Below, piece by piece: positions 35,155 through 46,198 of a stretch of DNA of 64,000 nucleotides. The position numbers and the translations under genes were made by a program. Within the stretch, counting starts at the first letter, position 1; each line of letters begins with the position of its first letter. The notes below the pieces were generated by a model. That model ran no database searches, was not told the DNA's origin, and saw nothing but the letters and a program-made list of their open reading frames with translations. The DNA comes from a virus, in the IMG/VR virus record IMGVR_UViG_3300048834_001178, positions 13,033-77,032 of that record; one strand, written 5' to 3'.

Positions 35155-37094
35155 CCGCAGTCACGTGCCTTCATCGTGTGCGATTTGGCTGGCCCAACGG
35201 CACGTCTCTTGACATCGAGTGGGCCTCGGGTGATGAGGGCCCGGCTCATCCGCTGTCGGCACTATCTCATTCGATCACGGGTTGGATCGAACGCCTGCCC
35301 GATCAGCTCAGTATTGCGGGTATTCCGGCACTGTCTGTCGATCAGGGGCAGCCATCGAGCCTCTTCGAGCCAGTGCGGCTTCGCGAACAGACCGACTACA
35401 CGTTAGACTTTCGTATTCGCGCGAGTCTTCCAGAGGCCACGACTGCGTGGCAGGCCAATCCGTCGTGGCCGTTGCCTGCTCGGTTCAATGGCGTTTATCG
35501 AACGCAGGCACCTCGTCGGTGGATGGTTGACGGCGAGTTTCTTCGAGTCGGTGGCGCCTTAAACTTCGGGTCATTCGTAGGCGTGGCGCACTTGGAGCTG
35601 CCAGACGGAGCGTGCGTTCCGGTCGAAGTCATCTGTACTAAGATCGGATATGTAGACGACTTTCGAGCATTGCTTGAGCAGGTGGGGCACGAGGTTGTCG
35701 AGCTGCTCTTGACTGTGGGAACTCCCACGGGAATACCGCTTGCGACGTCCGGCGAGCTGAGCGCATCGCCACTCGCATTTTTGTTTCACTTGCGTTCTCT
35801 CCTCGCTTCCCGAGAACTGCCTGATGCGATCGAGTCGATTCTCAGGCGGCCGCATGAGCGCATAGTTGAAGACCGCAAGGAAGCGTTTGTGTGGGAATTC
35901 CGACATCCCGATGTGGCGGCGATGTCCCGTGCGGCTGAGTATCTTCCAGATGTCAGTTTCAGTGCGAGTAGGCCGGTCTGTCTCCCAGTGCCGCTCAGGT
36001 ATCACGGTCGCAGCCGCTCGGTGTCGAGGGACACGCAAGAGAATCGATACGTTAAGGCACTTCTGCAGGATATTGTGAGGCGAGCGGACATCTGTGTTGG
36101 CCAGCTTCGCGAGGCAGGCAGCCTAACAGCCATGCGCGAGCTTGTTAGTCATGTGGATCGCATGCGAGAATGGTTGTCGCGCCCCCTGTGGAGGGAGGTG
36201 GGCCCTTTTAGGCAGATGCCGACAAACTCGCAAGTACTGCAACGTCGATCCGACTATCGACGTGTCTTTGACGCAGACATGCGCTTACACCTTGGACTTA
36301 GATTGCCGTGGCTTCCAACCACAAATGACGCGGATAGCATCTTGGGCGACATGCGGCCGATTGACGTTCTGTATGAATATTGGTGCTTCCTGGTGATTCG
36401 GAGACTTGTGGCGTCGATCTGCGGAGCGACGATCGAGCCCCTGGACAGTCTCCTTGTACGCTCAATGAATGGCCTTAGCCTTCAACTGGTGCGCGGCAAG
36501 CAAAGCAAGACTGTGTTTCGGTTGGCAATCGCAGGGAAGGCTCCATTCCAAGTGGAGCTGTACTTCAATCGGCACTTTGCAGGTGTCGCCGGCGCAGTTG
36601 AGGGAAGGTCTTACTCCGTTGGCTTGCGGCCCGACATCAGCCTTTGTGTGGAACGCATTCAGGCGGGTACGATTGGTGCACGGCACTGGCTTCACTTCGA
36701 CGCAAAGTACCGGCGAGAGATCGATGTGGCGGCATTAGTAAGCGCGACGCAGGAGTCCTCGGGTGGGCCCGAGTCGTGCATAAAGATCGAAGAGACCTAC
36801 AAGCGGGCCGACTTGTACAAGATGCACGCGTACCGTGATGCGATTCTCTCGACTCGAGGCGCGTATGCGCTGTTCCCTTCGCTAGGTGGAGGCGAGGCTC
36901 TGTTTGTCCGAGGTGCATCCATCGCAGGCGCAAAGTTGCCGAGCGTAGGGATGTTCCCATTGAGTCCTGCGCGGGCAGTGGACCAAGAGCAACCCTTGCG
37001 GAGATTTCTATCGGCGGTGTTGTCTCAGATCTCCGATGCGTCGCGAGTGGTTGATGAATACCTTGGCCCATGCCCGCCAATGACCTCAACGTAG
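35151..37094 (+). CDS. McrC-like DUF2357 + PD-(D/E)XK nuclease
   Basis: DTQENRYVK, LYEYWCF, RPDISL..HFDAKYR, DLYKMHAYRDAI; coupled to mcrB. Confidence 0.85.
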   Translation: MTAVTCLHRVRFGWPNGTSLDIEWASGDEGPAHPLSALSHSITGWIERLPDQLSIAGIPALSVDQGQPSSLFEPVRLREQTDYTLDFRIRASLPEATTAWQANPSWPLPARFNGVYRTQAPRRWMVDGEFLRVGGALNFGSFVGVAHLELPDGACVPVEVICTKIGYVDDFRALLEQVGHEVVELLLTVGTPTGIPLATSGELSASPLAFLFHLRSLLASRELPDAIESILRRPHERIVEDRKEAFVWEFRHPDVAAMSRAAEYLPDVSFSASRPVCLPVPLRYHGRSRSVSRDTQENRYVKALLQDIVRRADICVGQLREAGSLTAMRELVSHVDRMREWLSRPLWREVGPFRQMPTNSQVLQRRSDYRRVFDADMRLHLGLRLPWLPTTNDADSILGDMRPIDVLYEYWCFLVIRRLVASICGATIEPLDSLLVRSMNGLSLQLVRGKQSKTVFRLAIAGKAPFQVELYFNRHFAGVAGAVEGRSYSVGLRPDISLCVERIQAGTIGARHWLHFDAKYRREIDVAALVSATQESSGGPESCIKIEETYKRADLYKMHAYRDAILSTRGAYALFPSLGGGEALFVRGASIAGAKLPSVGMFPLSPARAVDQEQPLRRFLSAVLSQISDASRVVDEYLGPCPPMTST

Positions 37095-39028
37095 TCTCGG
37101 CCCTTCGCGATGGCCGTGAGCACACCAGCGGCGTTGCTATGCGGAGACACTTGAAGCACCAGGGTGTCAATCGCGCGAGTCATCGGAATCATGCCCCATC
37201 GCGCGGAAAACCGGTCGGCAACCTCCTGCTGAGTCTCGAACAAATCCTTCGGTCGCCGCAGCCCCTCCTCAAGCTGTCGCTGCAGCAGACGGTCAAAGTC
37301 AAGGCAGACAACAGTCCACCCCTCCAGCCCGCGGCACGATTCGTACTTAACGATTCGAAACTGTTGCACATTCTCAGGAAACGTGTCCCTGTTGGCGGCG
37401 ATCGAGCCGTCCCACACCTGCTCGCCCCATTGCTGAAGGGTTGCTCCGATGCCTGTACTTGTGGAGCCAGAGCTTCCCGTCACACAGAACAGTGCATCGA
37501 CCTGCCGATTGCCGGCAGCCTGATGCTCGCCCATGATCCTGCTGTGCACTTGTTGGGTGTACGGTCCCACCACCACAATCACGCGGCCACCGAGTACCTC
37601 ATCGTTTATCGCCATATCCCACTCAAGGTGGGAAGCAGCAACGAACGCCTCAACAAACGCGCAGATATTTGCCTTGAGACGTAGCGACTTGCGTAGCGGA
37701 ACAATCTGCCGGGATTCGGTCGGGGCGAGCAACGTCCAATCACACCGCCCGTCGCGTCGCACGAGCTGGTCAACTCCATCCGCGACAATGATCCGGTTGG
37801 GTCCGAACAGTGCACCCAGAATGTCCCGCTCTTCTGTCGGCCAATCCTGTGCCTCGTCAATGAGCACGAAGTCCCAGTTGAACAACGACGGATGAGCCTT
37901 CCAAGCCTCCTCCTGCTGAAGCGTCTCTCTGGATTCGCCCGCAAATAGCTCTCGAAGTACCAGCTTCTTCGCTTGAAACTCCTCTGCGGGGAACGGCTCA
38001 CCCTCTTGGATGGGCGGAGCTTCGCCCCAGGCGGACATCAACTCCCAAAAGAATCTCTCGCTGGTACGAATGCTGACCGTAGGGTCGTCGAGATTCTCGC
38101 GAATTCCCATGAGGTGCATTAGACGGCGCAAGTCCGATGCGAGAGCGCGGTTGTACGTGAGGAACAGGACTCGCGCGCCGCGGTCTTCTCTCAGACGGTT
38201 GGCGAGCTGCAGAAGTCGCACGGTCTTCCCCGATCCACCTCGCCCGCGGAAGATCAAGAGCTGGCTTCCCAGCTTCTTCATGTATTCTGGAAGCTCGGGT
38301 TCGACGGTGCGCTTGGTAATGCGCTCGATCTTCTGACGGTCTAGAGGCGACGCCTCGATACGTCGTGTGAAGATGTCAATCGCGTTCTTCACCTCGGTCG
38401 CGGCATCATCGCGACCACAGCGAACAAATGAGTTTTGCCAGGGCTTGTGCAGGTCCCGTTTGATGTCCTCGTGCCGCTGGTTGACGATTGCCCGCAGGAA
38501 GTCCTTGGCGGTCACGTCAGCGCCCAGGATATTGCTTTGAACCTTGGGCAATGCTCGAGCTGGGACGTTCCTCAACCACAGGGCCGAAAGCCAGAAGGGC
38601 GACCGAAAGCCCTGGCGCTCGACATACGTCTTGAGAGAGTGCACCTGCTTGAGAGTCTGGTCTGTGGCACCGTGCCACTCCACCTGCCCGTTCGCTCGAT
38701 TGATGTAACGGACAAGTACTTGATTGCCCTCAAACCGGATGGCCTCTGGAGGGTGGCCTTTGACCTCGATCGCGATGGCGAAGTTGGACAACCGCGCCGG
38801 CCGACTGCGCAGTTCCTCGGCGAGCAGTTCTTCTGGAATGGGGACCACGCCCGTGCAGACCCCGAGGACCAGCAAGTCGGTGTCCTGGACCTGGCAGCCG
38901 GGCGTAAATGCGCCCACCACAATGCGGACGTCTCCGCGTTCTCCGATCAACTCTTCAAGCGCCGGACGAAGAGCGAGCGCGGCCTTGTAGTTGTCGCTGG
39001 AGGTGTCGCCAAAGATCGAGACGCCCAT
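37025..39028 (-). CDS. NERD-like nuclease fused to SF1 (UvrD-like) helicase/ATPase
   Basis: DTDLLVL..IEVKGH..Q; RGRGGSGKT, LTYNRALA, LIDEAQD, RGLEGW, MTRAIDTL. Confidence 0.8.
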   Translation of the reverse strand: MGVSIFGDTSSDNYKAALALRPALEELIGERGDVRIVVGAFTPGCQVQDTDLLVLGVCTGVVPIPEELLAEELRSRPARLSNFAIAIEVKGHPPEAIRFEGNQVLVRYINRANGQVEWHGATDQTLKQVHSLKTYVERQGFRSPFWLSALWLRNVPARALPKVQSNILGADVTAKDFLRAIVNQRHEDIKRDLHKPWQNSFVRCGRDDAATEVKNAIDIFTRRIEASPLDRQKIERITKRTVEPELPEYMKKLGSQLLIFRGRGGSGKTVRLLQLANRLREDRGARVLFLTYNRALASDLRRLMHLMGIRENLDDPTVSIRTSERFFWELMSAWGEAPPIQEGEPFPAEEFQAKKLVLRELFAGESRETLQQEEAWKAHPSLFNWDFVLIDEAQDWPTEERDILGALFGPNRIIVADGVDQLVRRDGRCDWTLLAPTESRQIVPLRKSLRLKANICAFVEAFVAASHLEWDMAINDEVLGGRVIVVVGPYTQQVHSRIMGEHQAAGNRQVDALFCVTGSSGSTSTGIGATLQQWGEQVWDGSIAANRDTFPENVQQFRIVKYESCRGLEGWTVVCLDFDRLLQRQLEEGLRRPKDLFETQQEVADRFSARWGMIPMTRAIDTLVLQVSPHSNAAGVLTAIAKGRDYVEVIGGHGPRYSSTTRDASEI

Positions 39029-39047
39029 GGATGCTCGCCTGTTCCTT

Positions 39048-42000
39048 TCACTGCGCCGCGATGTCTCCGGGACGCCGGCCGACCCGGTACGGATTTACCG
39101 AGCGAACGCCCGGCCCGTACGAAGATCTAGCTGCTTGCAGCACCGGGTGCGACTCGATCCAGAGTGGGTGCGACTCAATGAGGATCACTCCATCCTTCAC
39201 AAACCGCCTTCCGCTGCCCTCGTCCGAAGGAGTGAACCCGAAAGCCCGTGCGGGGCCGGCCAACACGTCACCACCTCCCTCGACCAGGCGCAACCAAGGG
39301 TTTTCGAGTCCTTCACGGATGGGCGTCCTCAGATCAACCGTTGTGGCAGCGCCGTCGCGCAAAATGCGGAGCATGTCGAAGCCCATCCGCCAGTCCAACA
39401 GTCCGTGGTACGGAAGATTGCCATACTCCCGAAGGCATCGGGGGCACGATGCACCGCACCCGCCAGCGTGCTCAGAGGAGACCCACGCCGGCCCGCCGGC
39501 CGGAGAGCCCATTGCCATCTCGAACGCGCACTGCAAGAGGGCCTGAAACTGCTGCGGCTCGCCGAGGCGGGAGCAGTAGCCGGCACCGTTCTCGAGGCAG
39601 TCGCACAAAAAGGCCTGCGCGCGGACGGCGCCCGGCTGGCCATATGTCCGGATACCCACGTCGATCTCACTCGAGCGAATGTCCAGCAGGATGGCGGCCG
39701 CCTTGCGTAACAGGAAGGCGAGGGAGTACCAAGCCGCGCGCCCCTCGGGCCTTCGCGGATCTGCGAGCACACCCTCCGGCCAAGCCCCTATGTCGACGAG
39801 AAGCACGTCAGTGCGCCGACGGTCGAGCAGGGCCAGCCTGTGGCCGGGGCCGATCTGTTGCCCGAAGTTGTGGAACCCCGAGTCGTTGCTGGTTGTGTCA
39901 TCGAACACCGCCCAAGCAGCTCTGCCGTCCTGCTGTACGGGGTTCTGCCAGCGCAGAAGTGTGGAGGGCTGAAAATCAAAGCCACCCGCGCCACCATTGT
40001 CGTTGAGCGTGACAATGCGGTCGCTCACTACGGCCACGTCAGCGTGGGTGCCCGGGATCCTCGTCGTTTGTGGGACAACACTCAACGAGAGCGACGGCTT
40101 GGTCGCTCGGGGAAAGAACTCGAAAAGACCGTCGTAGTCGCGCGGTGAGAAGTTCGAGAAGAAGCCGGTGGGCTCACGGGCATCAATGAACTGGAACTCC
40201 TGCTCACCACAAACGGGGCAGTTCGACTTCGCGGGCGGCGAGCCGGAAGCGGGAGGATCCACTCTTGTGGGTCCGTAGCCCAAGTGTTGGCAGGCCGCAC
40301 AGCGACCGATCGTGACGTTTGGCTCGCCGATAGCCGGCACAAAGCCGGGCTTGGCCATTAGCTGATCTCCGACCGGCACGAGTCGAACAACGCCAGCGGC
40401 AGTGTGTACCCGCTTGTCTTTGACGGTTTCGCTTCCGGGTGCAAACTGCCCAATCGCGATGTCCAGTGCCCGATCGACAGTTCCGTGCTCCGGTGGCCAC
40501 GGCATCGCGCGAGTGGGCAGTTGGGTATGTAGCAGCCGAATCCTGGTTGGAAATCCGAACATGGGTAGCACGCCTGCGTGCGCCAACCGCTCACTCAAGG
40601 CTTCCTGAGTCAAGGTCGGATCCGCGACAAACCCGTCAATGGCAGGCGGCAATTGGCTTTGAACCCAGCTGACTTCGGAATCAAGGAATGAAGACAACTC
40701 GGTCGGCAGGGTGAGCCGCATCCTCGCAGCAAGCACCTCGGCAGCCGACCGCAGTGCGGCTCCGTGTCCAGCCATCCAGGCGATGAGGTCTGCTCTCTCG
40801 CCGGTCCAGTCCGCCGCGTCACCAAACTCACCGTGAACACTCTCGCCAGCGACAGGAGGTTGGCCGGCGCGCGCTGCCCGGAAAGCCTGTCGAAGGCACT
40901 CTTCCGTCAGAACGCGACGGAAAATGGCGCGATTGGTGGGATCGATGAAGGGAGGCGGCGGCCTGTCGCCCGTTATCTTCTCCGCGTGCTCAAAGTAGTA
41001 TGCGTCGTGCGAGCGGCCTCGGCAGAGCGTAACCGCGAGCGAGACTCCAGCACCACGCCTGCCTGCTCTGCCCACACGCTGCTGGTAGTTGAACCGCTCA
41101 GGCGGCATGTTTGCGAGCATGACCGACAAGAGTGCGCCGATGTCAACTCCCGCCTCCATCGTGGTGGTCACGCTAAGTAGGTCGATTCCGTCAACCTGAG
41201 GCAGTTCACCCGGAACAAACACGTCCTGAAACCGGCGTTGGCGGTCGGGCTTGTCTTCCTGGTCTGTTTGGCCACTGAGCTCCTCAGCGTGGAGTCGAAA
41301 TGCTTGGCGACGGTCGTCCGCAAGATATGCGAAATAGTCGCTGGCTGATGGACCGTTGCGAGCTGGCTCCGCCTGCAGCCGGCCTCCGCACTCCACACAG
41401 CGACCATTCCCGCGAGCGAAATAGCCAGACCTGCATTGGCTGCACCGGTTGACGATACCGTCCGTCGGCGGCGTCAGATCAAGCATCAGCTTTTCCGGGT
41501 CGAGACCGGGCTTCTTCTCTGTTGGAAGCGCATCGCCGGGGACTAGCACCTGCGATTGCAGCAGAAGAGCCTCGACGGCAGCGCATTGCGCAGCGTCATT
41601 CATGTACGCGGTGGCCCAGGACTTTGGTCCGCTGGGCAGCCCGGGTGCGGCGTTGCCCTGCTCAAAGTACGCAGCGCCAACGTAGTTGCGGCGGAGAGCG
41701 AGACGCCGGATCACCGATTCGGCACAACCCAGATGCTCGGCACTCTGCCCTGCGATCGACGCGATAGTCACACGGCCGAGCCCCAACCCCTCAAACGTGC
41801 GGGCGCGGTGGGGAAAGAGCACGTACATGATCTCGGCCATGAGACCCCGTCGCATTCTCGTCAGATGCGCATCGAACAGGCCACTATTCTGGCCCCAACG
41901 CTCCCTTGCACGCGGGCCCGACCAATCGAAACACTCGGGCCACGAATAGTCCCGTCTGGACTGTGCGTCGCGCCATGACAGAACGTCGCTGCCGCAACCG

Positions 42001-44840
42001 CCGGGACAGATTCCCATTGCCAACAGACGCTGCCACAGGATCTCGCAGAGCATGTTGATCGGGAACCGAGTCGGATAATTGCGCAACAGAACGCCACCTT
42101 CAGTGCCTGGATCTGAGGCGTCACCGTCGAGCCAATCCCTTAGCTGGTTTGCCGCAACCTGGAACCGTTCGCGAAACAGGTCTCGAAACGGACGGTCAGC
42201 ATCCGATCGCGGCAGATCCAGGGCAGTTGCAAAGGCTGGATTCGCTGCCTTTACAAGTGATCGCCGAGGCTCTTCCTCGCGACACTCAAACCGGACGAAG
42301 GACTCGAGTACGGTCCGGAGCTGCCGCGTGCCGCGCACGAGTTCCCCTCGCACAACATCGCGGAAGTGGTCTTGCTCGATGCCCGCCGAGAGTTTCGCTG
42401 CATCGCCGCGGCTGTCAGAGAACACAACCAGCTTCCGAGCACTCTTGCTGGCGATCTGAGCTGGCAGTTCACGGAGCAATGCCCCTGCAATCACCTGCGC
42501 TGCCTTGCTGAAGCCCGTTCGATGGTTGCGTAGCGGACTCTTCAGCCCGTGCTGGCGTTTGCGGAAGTCCGCATCGCAACGAGGACACTTGTGCGGGAGG
42601 GCTTGTGCCGCGAGAGCGACCTGTCCGCCCCGGGTCGCCTGCCAGAGCCAGGCATTGGCCCCACGGGTGCCGGCTGTGTGGTGCACGTAGCCGCTCCGTT
42701 GATCGAAATTCACCTGTCGCCAACTGCACGCAACACCCTGATTTGTCCAGCCGGTATCGAGCGGGGTCTGATCGCTTGGCCACAGCAACCAATATCGGGC
42801 GTGAGTTTGCTGCTGTGCCGCACGGTCAGGAAGTCCTTCCAAGTCGGGTTCGTCCGCAGTAAGGAAGTCCCGGTCGGCACCATTGACTTGCGTCTTGCGT
42901 CGGTGGCCGCCGAGGAGCACATCACCGCACACTTCACAGACAACGACCTCCAACACGCGGCTCCCGCAGTCCGGACAGGCCAGTGACGGCGCACCGAGCA
43001 GCTTTCCGACCCGGGGACGCTCGGGTCCCCGGAACTCTTGAGGTACGCCTGGGCACGCCGCATTGGTACACGCCCAAAGGTTGCTGAGGTTGTCGAAGAA
43101 GATGTGACCACGGACCGGCTGCAATGATCGACCGGGGTTGGAGGGATCTTCCGCGACCGCAAGCGCAAGCAGTAGTCCACGAAGCGATCGACTTGGCTCA
43201 TCGCGATCGGCTCCATCTCGACGGAGCCGCTGCGCGTCTGTGCCAAAGATCCTGTCGTCCACGCGGAGCACGTCGGTGGCGCGAACATTTGAAAGCGTGC
43301 CGGGAGTCTCGAAGTGTTCGTCGCAGGCCGCACGGAGTGCTTCGTGGGCGCCGATGCTACAGAGCGAGCGACCTAGACGGAGCTTGGCACTTCCAGGTTC
43401 CGGTGATGCGCCGGTTAACTCCACCGCGAGCTGCTCTGCGGCGCGAGTGAGTTCATCGGATTGAACCTCAGGCGGCTCAAGGGTCGCCAATGGATCCGCC
43501 TGTACCCGGTCAGCAAAAGTGGCGAGAGCTTCTGCGGCATGACGCACTCTCGATAGTCCTTCGCGCCGCGGCGAAGTTTGATCAGCAGATATTGGAGCGG
43601 CGAATCGATCCGGATCGCGACCGAAGAAGTGCTCCAGGAATCTGTGGGACTCATCTTCCGTTCCAAGGCTTGCCGAGGTGGCCACGATCCGAAGCTGGTC
43701 CGGCCGCCGCGTAAGCCCGAGCCGCTCAAGGAGCAGACGAATCACATACGCCACTTCTGTTCCCGCCGAACCGCGATATGCATGAAGCTCGTCCACTACG
43801 AGAAAGAACGTATGGTCTGGCGATCGCTCAATCCACATCCGCGTCGCATCCCACATATCGTTCTCTGCTGATCGCATGAGAGCAATATTCAGCATCGAGT
43901 AGTTTGTGATAAGCACGTCCGGCGGCGTCGCCTGCATGTCCCAGCGAGACCAAAGCTCCGCTCCTGCGGCGTCCTGCATGAAGTACCTTAGCTCGGGATC
44001 GAGCTTGCGCGCCTCTCCACGCCGAGCGCGATCGTCATCCTGGGATAGCAGCTGGTCGAGTTGATCGCTCGCGGCAGCCATGCTTCGCAGCCGCGGCCTG
44101 AGCTTGTCAGAGAGTTTTCTGGCCTGACTTGCATCGCCGACGCGGTCGGGGCGTGGACCAGCAACTGGTGTGAGGCCGGTGTAGCGACCGAATGTCACCC
44201 GGTTGCCGCCCCGCGCCGTGTCGAGCCAGCGTCGAGTAGTCGGTGCTTCGAGACACTGGCGGAGCCGACGCAACTGGTCTTCGACCAGAGCATTTAGTGG
44301 ATAGAGGATCATCCCACGGACTGCATGTTGGTCGGCAGCAGCCCGTCCCGTCCGTCCCCACTGTTGCTCCCAGACACCGGCTGAATCAAACCATCGCCGC
44401 GGCGCTGCCTCAGGAGTGCTCGCCCGCCACTGGCGGCTCTCCGCGGCGATGGTCGCCAGCAGTGGCAGAAGGAAGCACTCCGTCTTGCCCGAGCCCGTGC
44501 CGGTCGTGACGACGATGTCCTTGCGCTGGAGGATTACGGCTTCGAGCGATTGCCACTGGTGACGATAAAGCGTCCGACCCTCCCCAAAGATCGGGCTGGC
44601 CAAACCCGCAAGGTCCTGCATGCCCGCACCCAAACGTGCACTTGCCTGGGCAAGCGTAAGGCCCGACGACTCGTAGACCGGCGTCGGTTCCAGCAGCAGC
44701 GGCCGCGATACTGATAGGCGTCCCTGGAGCAAGCGTGCTCGCTCAGCAGCAAGCAGTGGGCTTGAAAGTGGGAAGGCGGACTGAAGATAGAGTTCATAGA
44801 CGCGCTTGAGGCGAAGCGCCGAGCCAACGGCGTCGATCAT
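39048..44840 (-). CDS. Large SF2 helicase with DUF1998 (Druantia DruE-like)
   Basis: [64 protein letters not shown]-terminal [19 protein letters not shown]; ATG at 44840 overlaps the upstream stop. Confidence 0.88.
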   Translation of the reverse strand: MIDAVGSALRLKRVYELYLQSAFPLSSPLLAAERARLLQGRLSVSRPLLLEPTPVYESSGLTLAQASARLGAGMQDLAGLASPIFGEGRTLYRHQWQSLEAVILQRKDIVVTTGTGSGKTECFLLPLLATIAAESRQWRASTPEAAPRRWFDSAGVWEQQWGRTGRAAADQHAVRGMILYPLNALVEDQLRRLRQCLEAPTTRRWLDTARGGNRVTFGRYTGLTPVAGPRPDRVGDASQARKLSDKLRPRLRSMAAASDQLDQLLSQDDDRARRGEARKLDPELRYFMQDAAGAELWSRWDMQATPPDVLITNYSMLNIALMRSAENDMWDATRMWIERSPDHTFFLVVDELHAYRGSAGTEVAYVIRLLLERLGLTRRPDQLRIVATSASLGTEDESHRFLEHFFGRDPDRFAAPISADQTSPRREGLSRVRHAAEALATFADRVQADPLATLEPPEVQSDELTRAAEQLAVELTGASPEPGSAKLRLGRSLCSIGAHEALRAACDEHFETPGTLSNVRATDVLRVDDRIFGTDAQRLRRDGADRDEPSRSLRGLLLALAVAEDPSNPGRSLQPVRGHIFFDNLSNLWACTNAACPGVPQEFRGPERPRVGKLLGAPSLACPDCGSRVLEVVVCEVCGDVLLGGHRRKTQVNGADRDFLTADEPDLEGLPDRAAQQQTHARYWLLWPSDQTPLDTGWTNQGVACSWRQVNFDQRSGYVHHTAGTRGANAWLWQATRGGQVALAAQALPHKCPRCDADFRKRQHGLKSPLRNHRTGFSKAAQVIAGALLRELPAQIASKSARKLVVFSDSRGDAAKLSAGIEQDHFRDVVRGELVRGTRQLRTVLESFVRFECREEEPRRSLVKAANPAFATALDLPRSDADRPFRDLFRERFQVAANQLRDWLDGDASDPGTEGGVLLRNYPTRFPINMLCEILWQRLLAMGICPGGCGSDVLSWRDAQSRRDYSWPECFDWSGPRARERWGQNSGLFDAHLTRMRRGLMAEIMYVLFPHRARTFEGLGLGRVTIASIAGQSAEHLGCAESVIRRLALRRNYVGAAYFEQGNAAPGLPSGPKSWATAYMNDAAQCAAVEALLLQSQVLVPGDALPTEKKPGLDPEKLMLDLTPPTDGIVNRCSQCRSGYFARGNGRCVECGGRLQAEPARNGPSASDYFAYLADDRRQAFRLHAEELSGQTDQEDKPDRQRRFQDVFVPGELPQVDGIDLLSVTTTMEAGVDIGALLSVMLANMPPERFNYQQRVGRAGRRGAGVSLAVTLCRGRSHDAYYFEHAEKITGDRPPPPFIDPTNRAIFRRVLTEECLRQAFRAARAGQPPVAGESVHGEFGDAADWTGERADLIAWMAGHGAALRSAAEVLAARMRLTLPTELSSFLDSEVSWVQSQLPPAIDGFVADPTLTQEALSERLAHAGVLPMFGFPTRIRLLHTQLPTRAMPWPPEHGTVDRALDIAIGQFAPGSETVKDKRVHTAAGVVRLVPVGDQLMAKPGFVPAIGEPNVTIGRCAACQHLGYGPTRVDPPASGSPPAKSNCPVCGEQEFQFIDAREPTGFFSNFSPRDYDGLFEFFPRATKPSLSLSVVPQTTRIPGTHADVAVVSDRIVTLNDNGGAGGFDFQPSTLLRWQNPVQQDGRAAWAVFDDTTSNDSGFHNFGQQIGPGHRLALLDRRRTDVLLVDIGAWPEGVLADPRRPEGRAAWYSLAFLLRKAAAILLDIRSSEIDVGIRTYGQPGAVRAQAFLCDCLENGAGYCSRLGEPQQFQALLQCAFEMAMGSPAGGPAWVSSEHAGGCGASCPRCLREYGNLPYHGLLDWRMGFDMLRILRDGAATTVDLRTPIREGLENPWLRLVEGGGDVLAGPARAFGFTPSDEGSGRRFVKDGVILIESHPLWIESHPVLQAARSSYGPGVRSVNPYRVGRRPGDIAAQ

Positions 44841-46198
44841 GACGAGGCCCCCTCTGCAGAGATGTTCTCGAGTGCGACTTCCAGTTTGGGGGCCAACGAG
44901 CGTGCGATGTCGCTCGCAGCAGCGAACAACCTGCCCTTGCCCGGAACCCAGGATGGGAGCTTGCCGGTCGCGAGCACCAACGGACGCTCGTAAACCCTTG
45001 GCCACGGCTGGTCGACCGGAATGATGAAATCGCTGTCGCAACAAAAAGCTCGGAGGCCAGACGATCGCTGTGCCAAGTAGCTCATGCCATACCAGTCACA
45101 ACGCGTCCAAGCACCGGCCCCGTCGCAGTAGGCCCGAACGACGGTGGTGTAGCCATGACGGAAGGTCAGGCGGTAAAGCCCTTCGCCCACCGTCAGTTTG
45201 CCGTTGGACATTTCTGGCCGGACAGTCGCTGCTTGACCTTCAACGGCCAATCTCTCGACGGCCTCAGTCGCGGCAAGATCCGGGTGGTAGCTGTTGCGCA
45301 CGTTTGCGTACCACAGGTCCCAGGTGGGGAAATGGGCAGCGAGTTGCCTGCATGCATCCCCAATCAGTGGAATCTGCACGGCACCGATCGTCACTGACCG
45401 AGTCGCCAACTGCTCAGTGCTCGGTGAGAGCGTCACAATCGTTGGGCCGCCGCGTTGTGGCAGGCGTTCCATGGGCAATACTGCAGCGAGCTGCTCGAGC
45501 AGACGGTTGCAGCGTTGGCCACACAAGAACCAACCACCGCGAACGTCGCCGACGATCACAGGGGGAGTCACCGCCCACCGGTTGCCGTCCGCCGATACCT
45601 CGATGTGCCCGAGGAGTTGAAGGCGTCCAAGCACATCTCCAGTCTTCGTTGAAGCGTCCAGTCCAAGCGAGCGGCAGGCATCAGCGAACTGGGTCCAGGT
45701 GCCTGACACCTGAACCGAGAGCCATGCCAAGAGGCGATCGAACCTGATCGTGACTGCTTGGTTTTCCACCGCTTCGGTCGCCCGAGCCTCTGCATCTCTG
45801 GCAGACTCAACGTCCGCGGGATCGGGTGGCGGCGCTCGCTCGATGTGCAGAATTGGATCCCCGCTGACGAGCGATTCCTGCGTCCAGTTCACGGCCTGCG
45901 CTTCAGGTAAGACCGAGCGGGATACGTCTCCGGGCGAGATGAGCCGAAACCCGAGTCGCTCGACGAACGGCTCTGCATCAAATGGGGGTTCCGGCACGGT
46001 CGCTCCCCCGTGCGGACGTGGATCCGCAAAGCCGATCGCGCAGTAGACGCCATTGCCAGTCCTAACCCGTCCCCAGGATTTCTCCAGACGTATTGAGTCA
46101 ATCTCCTGCAGACATCCGAGGCGGCGCGCAGTCTCTCGAATTCGGGATGGCAGGTCACCACGTTTGGTCAGTTGCCCCACGAGGTACCAGGTACTCAT
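44837..46198 (-). CDS. Hypothetical defence protein (Druantia accessory-like)
   Basis: Translationally coupled to the DUF1998 helicase; [19 protein letters not shown] and [13 protein letters not shown] recall Druantia partner proteins (from memory). Confidence 0.6.
   Translation of the reverse strand: MSTWYLVGQLTKRGDLPSRIRETARRLGCLQEIDSIRLEKSWGRVRTGNGVYCAIGFADPRPHGGATVPEPPFDAEPFVERLGFRLISPGDVSRSVLPEAQAVNWTQESLVSGDPILHIERAPPPDPADVESARDAEARATEAVENQAVTIRFDRLLAWLSVQVSGTWTQFADACRSLGLDASTKTGDVLGRLQLLGHIEVSADGNRWAVTPPVIVGDVRGGWFLCGQRCNRLLEQLAAVLPMERLPQRGGPTIVTLSPSTEQLATRSVTIGAVQIPLIGDACRQLAAHFPTWDLWYANVRNSYHPDLAATEAVERLAVEGQAATVRPEMSNGKLTVGEGLYRLTFRHGYTTVVRAYCDGAGAWTRCDWYGMSYLAQRSSGLRAFCCDSDFIIPVDQPWPRVYERPLVLATGKLPSWVPGKGRLFAAASDIARSLAPKLEVALENISAEGASS

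Noticed and set aside
44841-45044. Track start of the 1998-aa helicase and similar upstream extensions (48025-48318, 50807-51115, 58527-58820, 61045-61224)
   Set aside because: Better starts exist with RBS or stop/start overlap; most extensions overlap neighbouring genes
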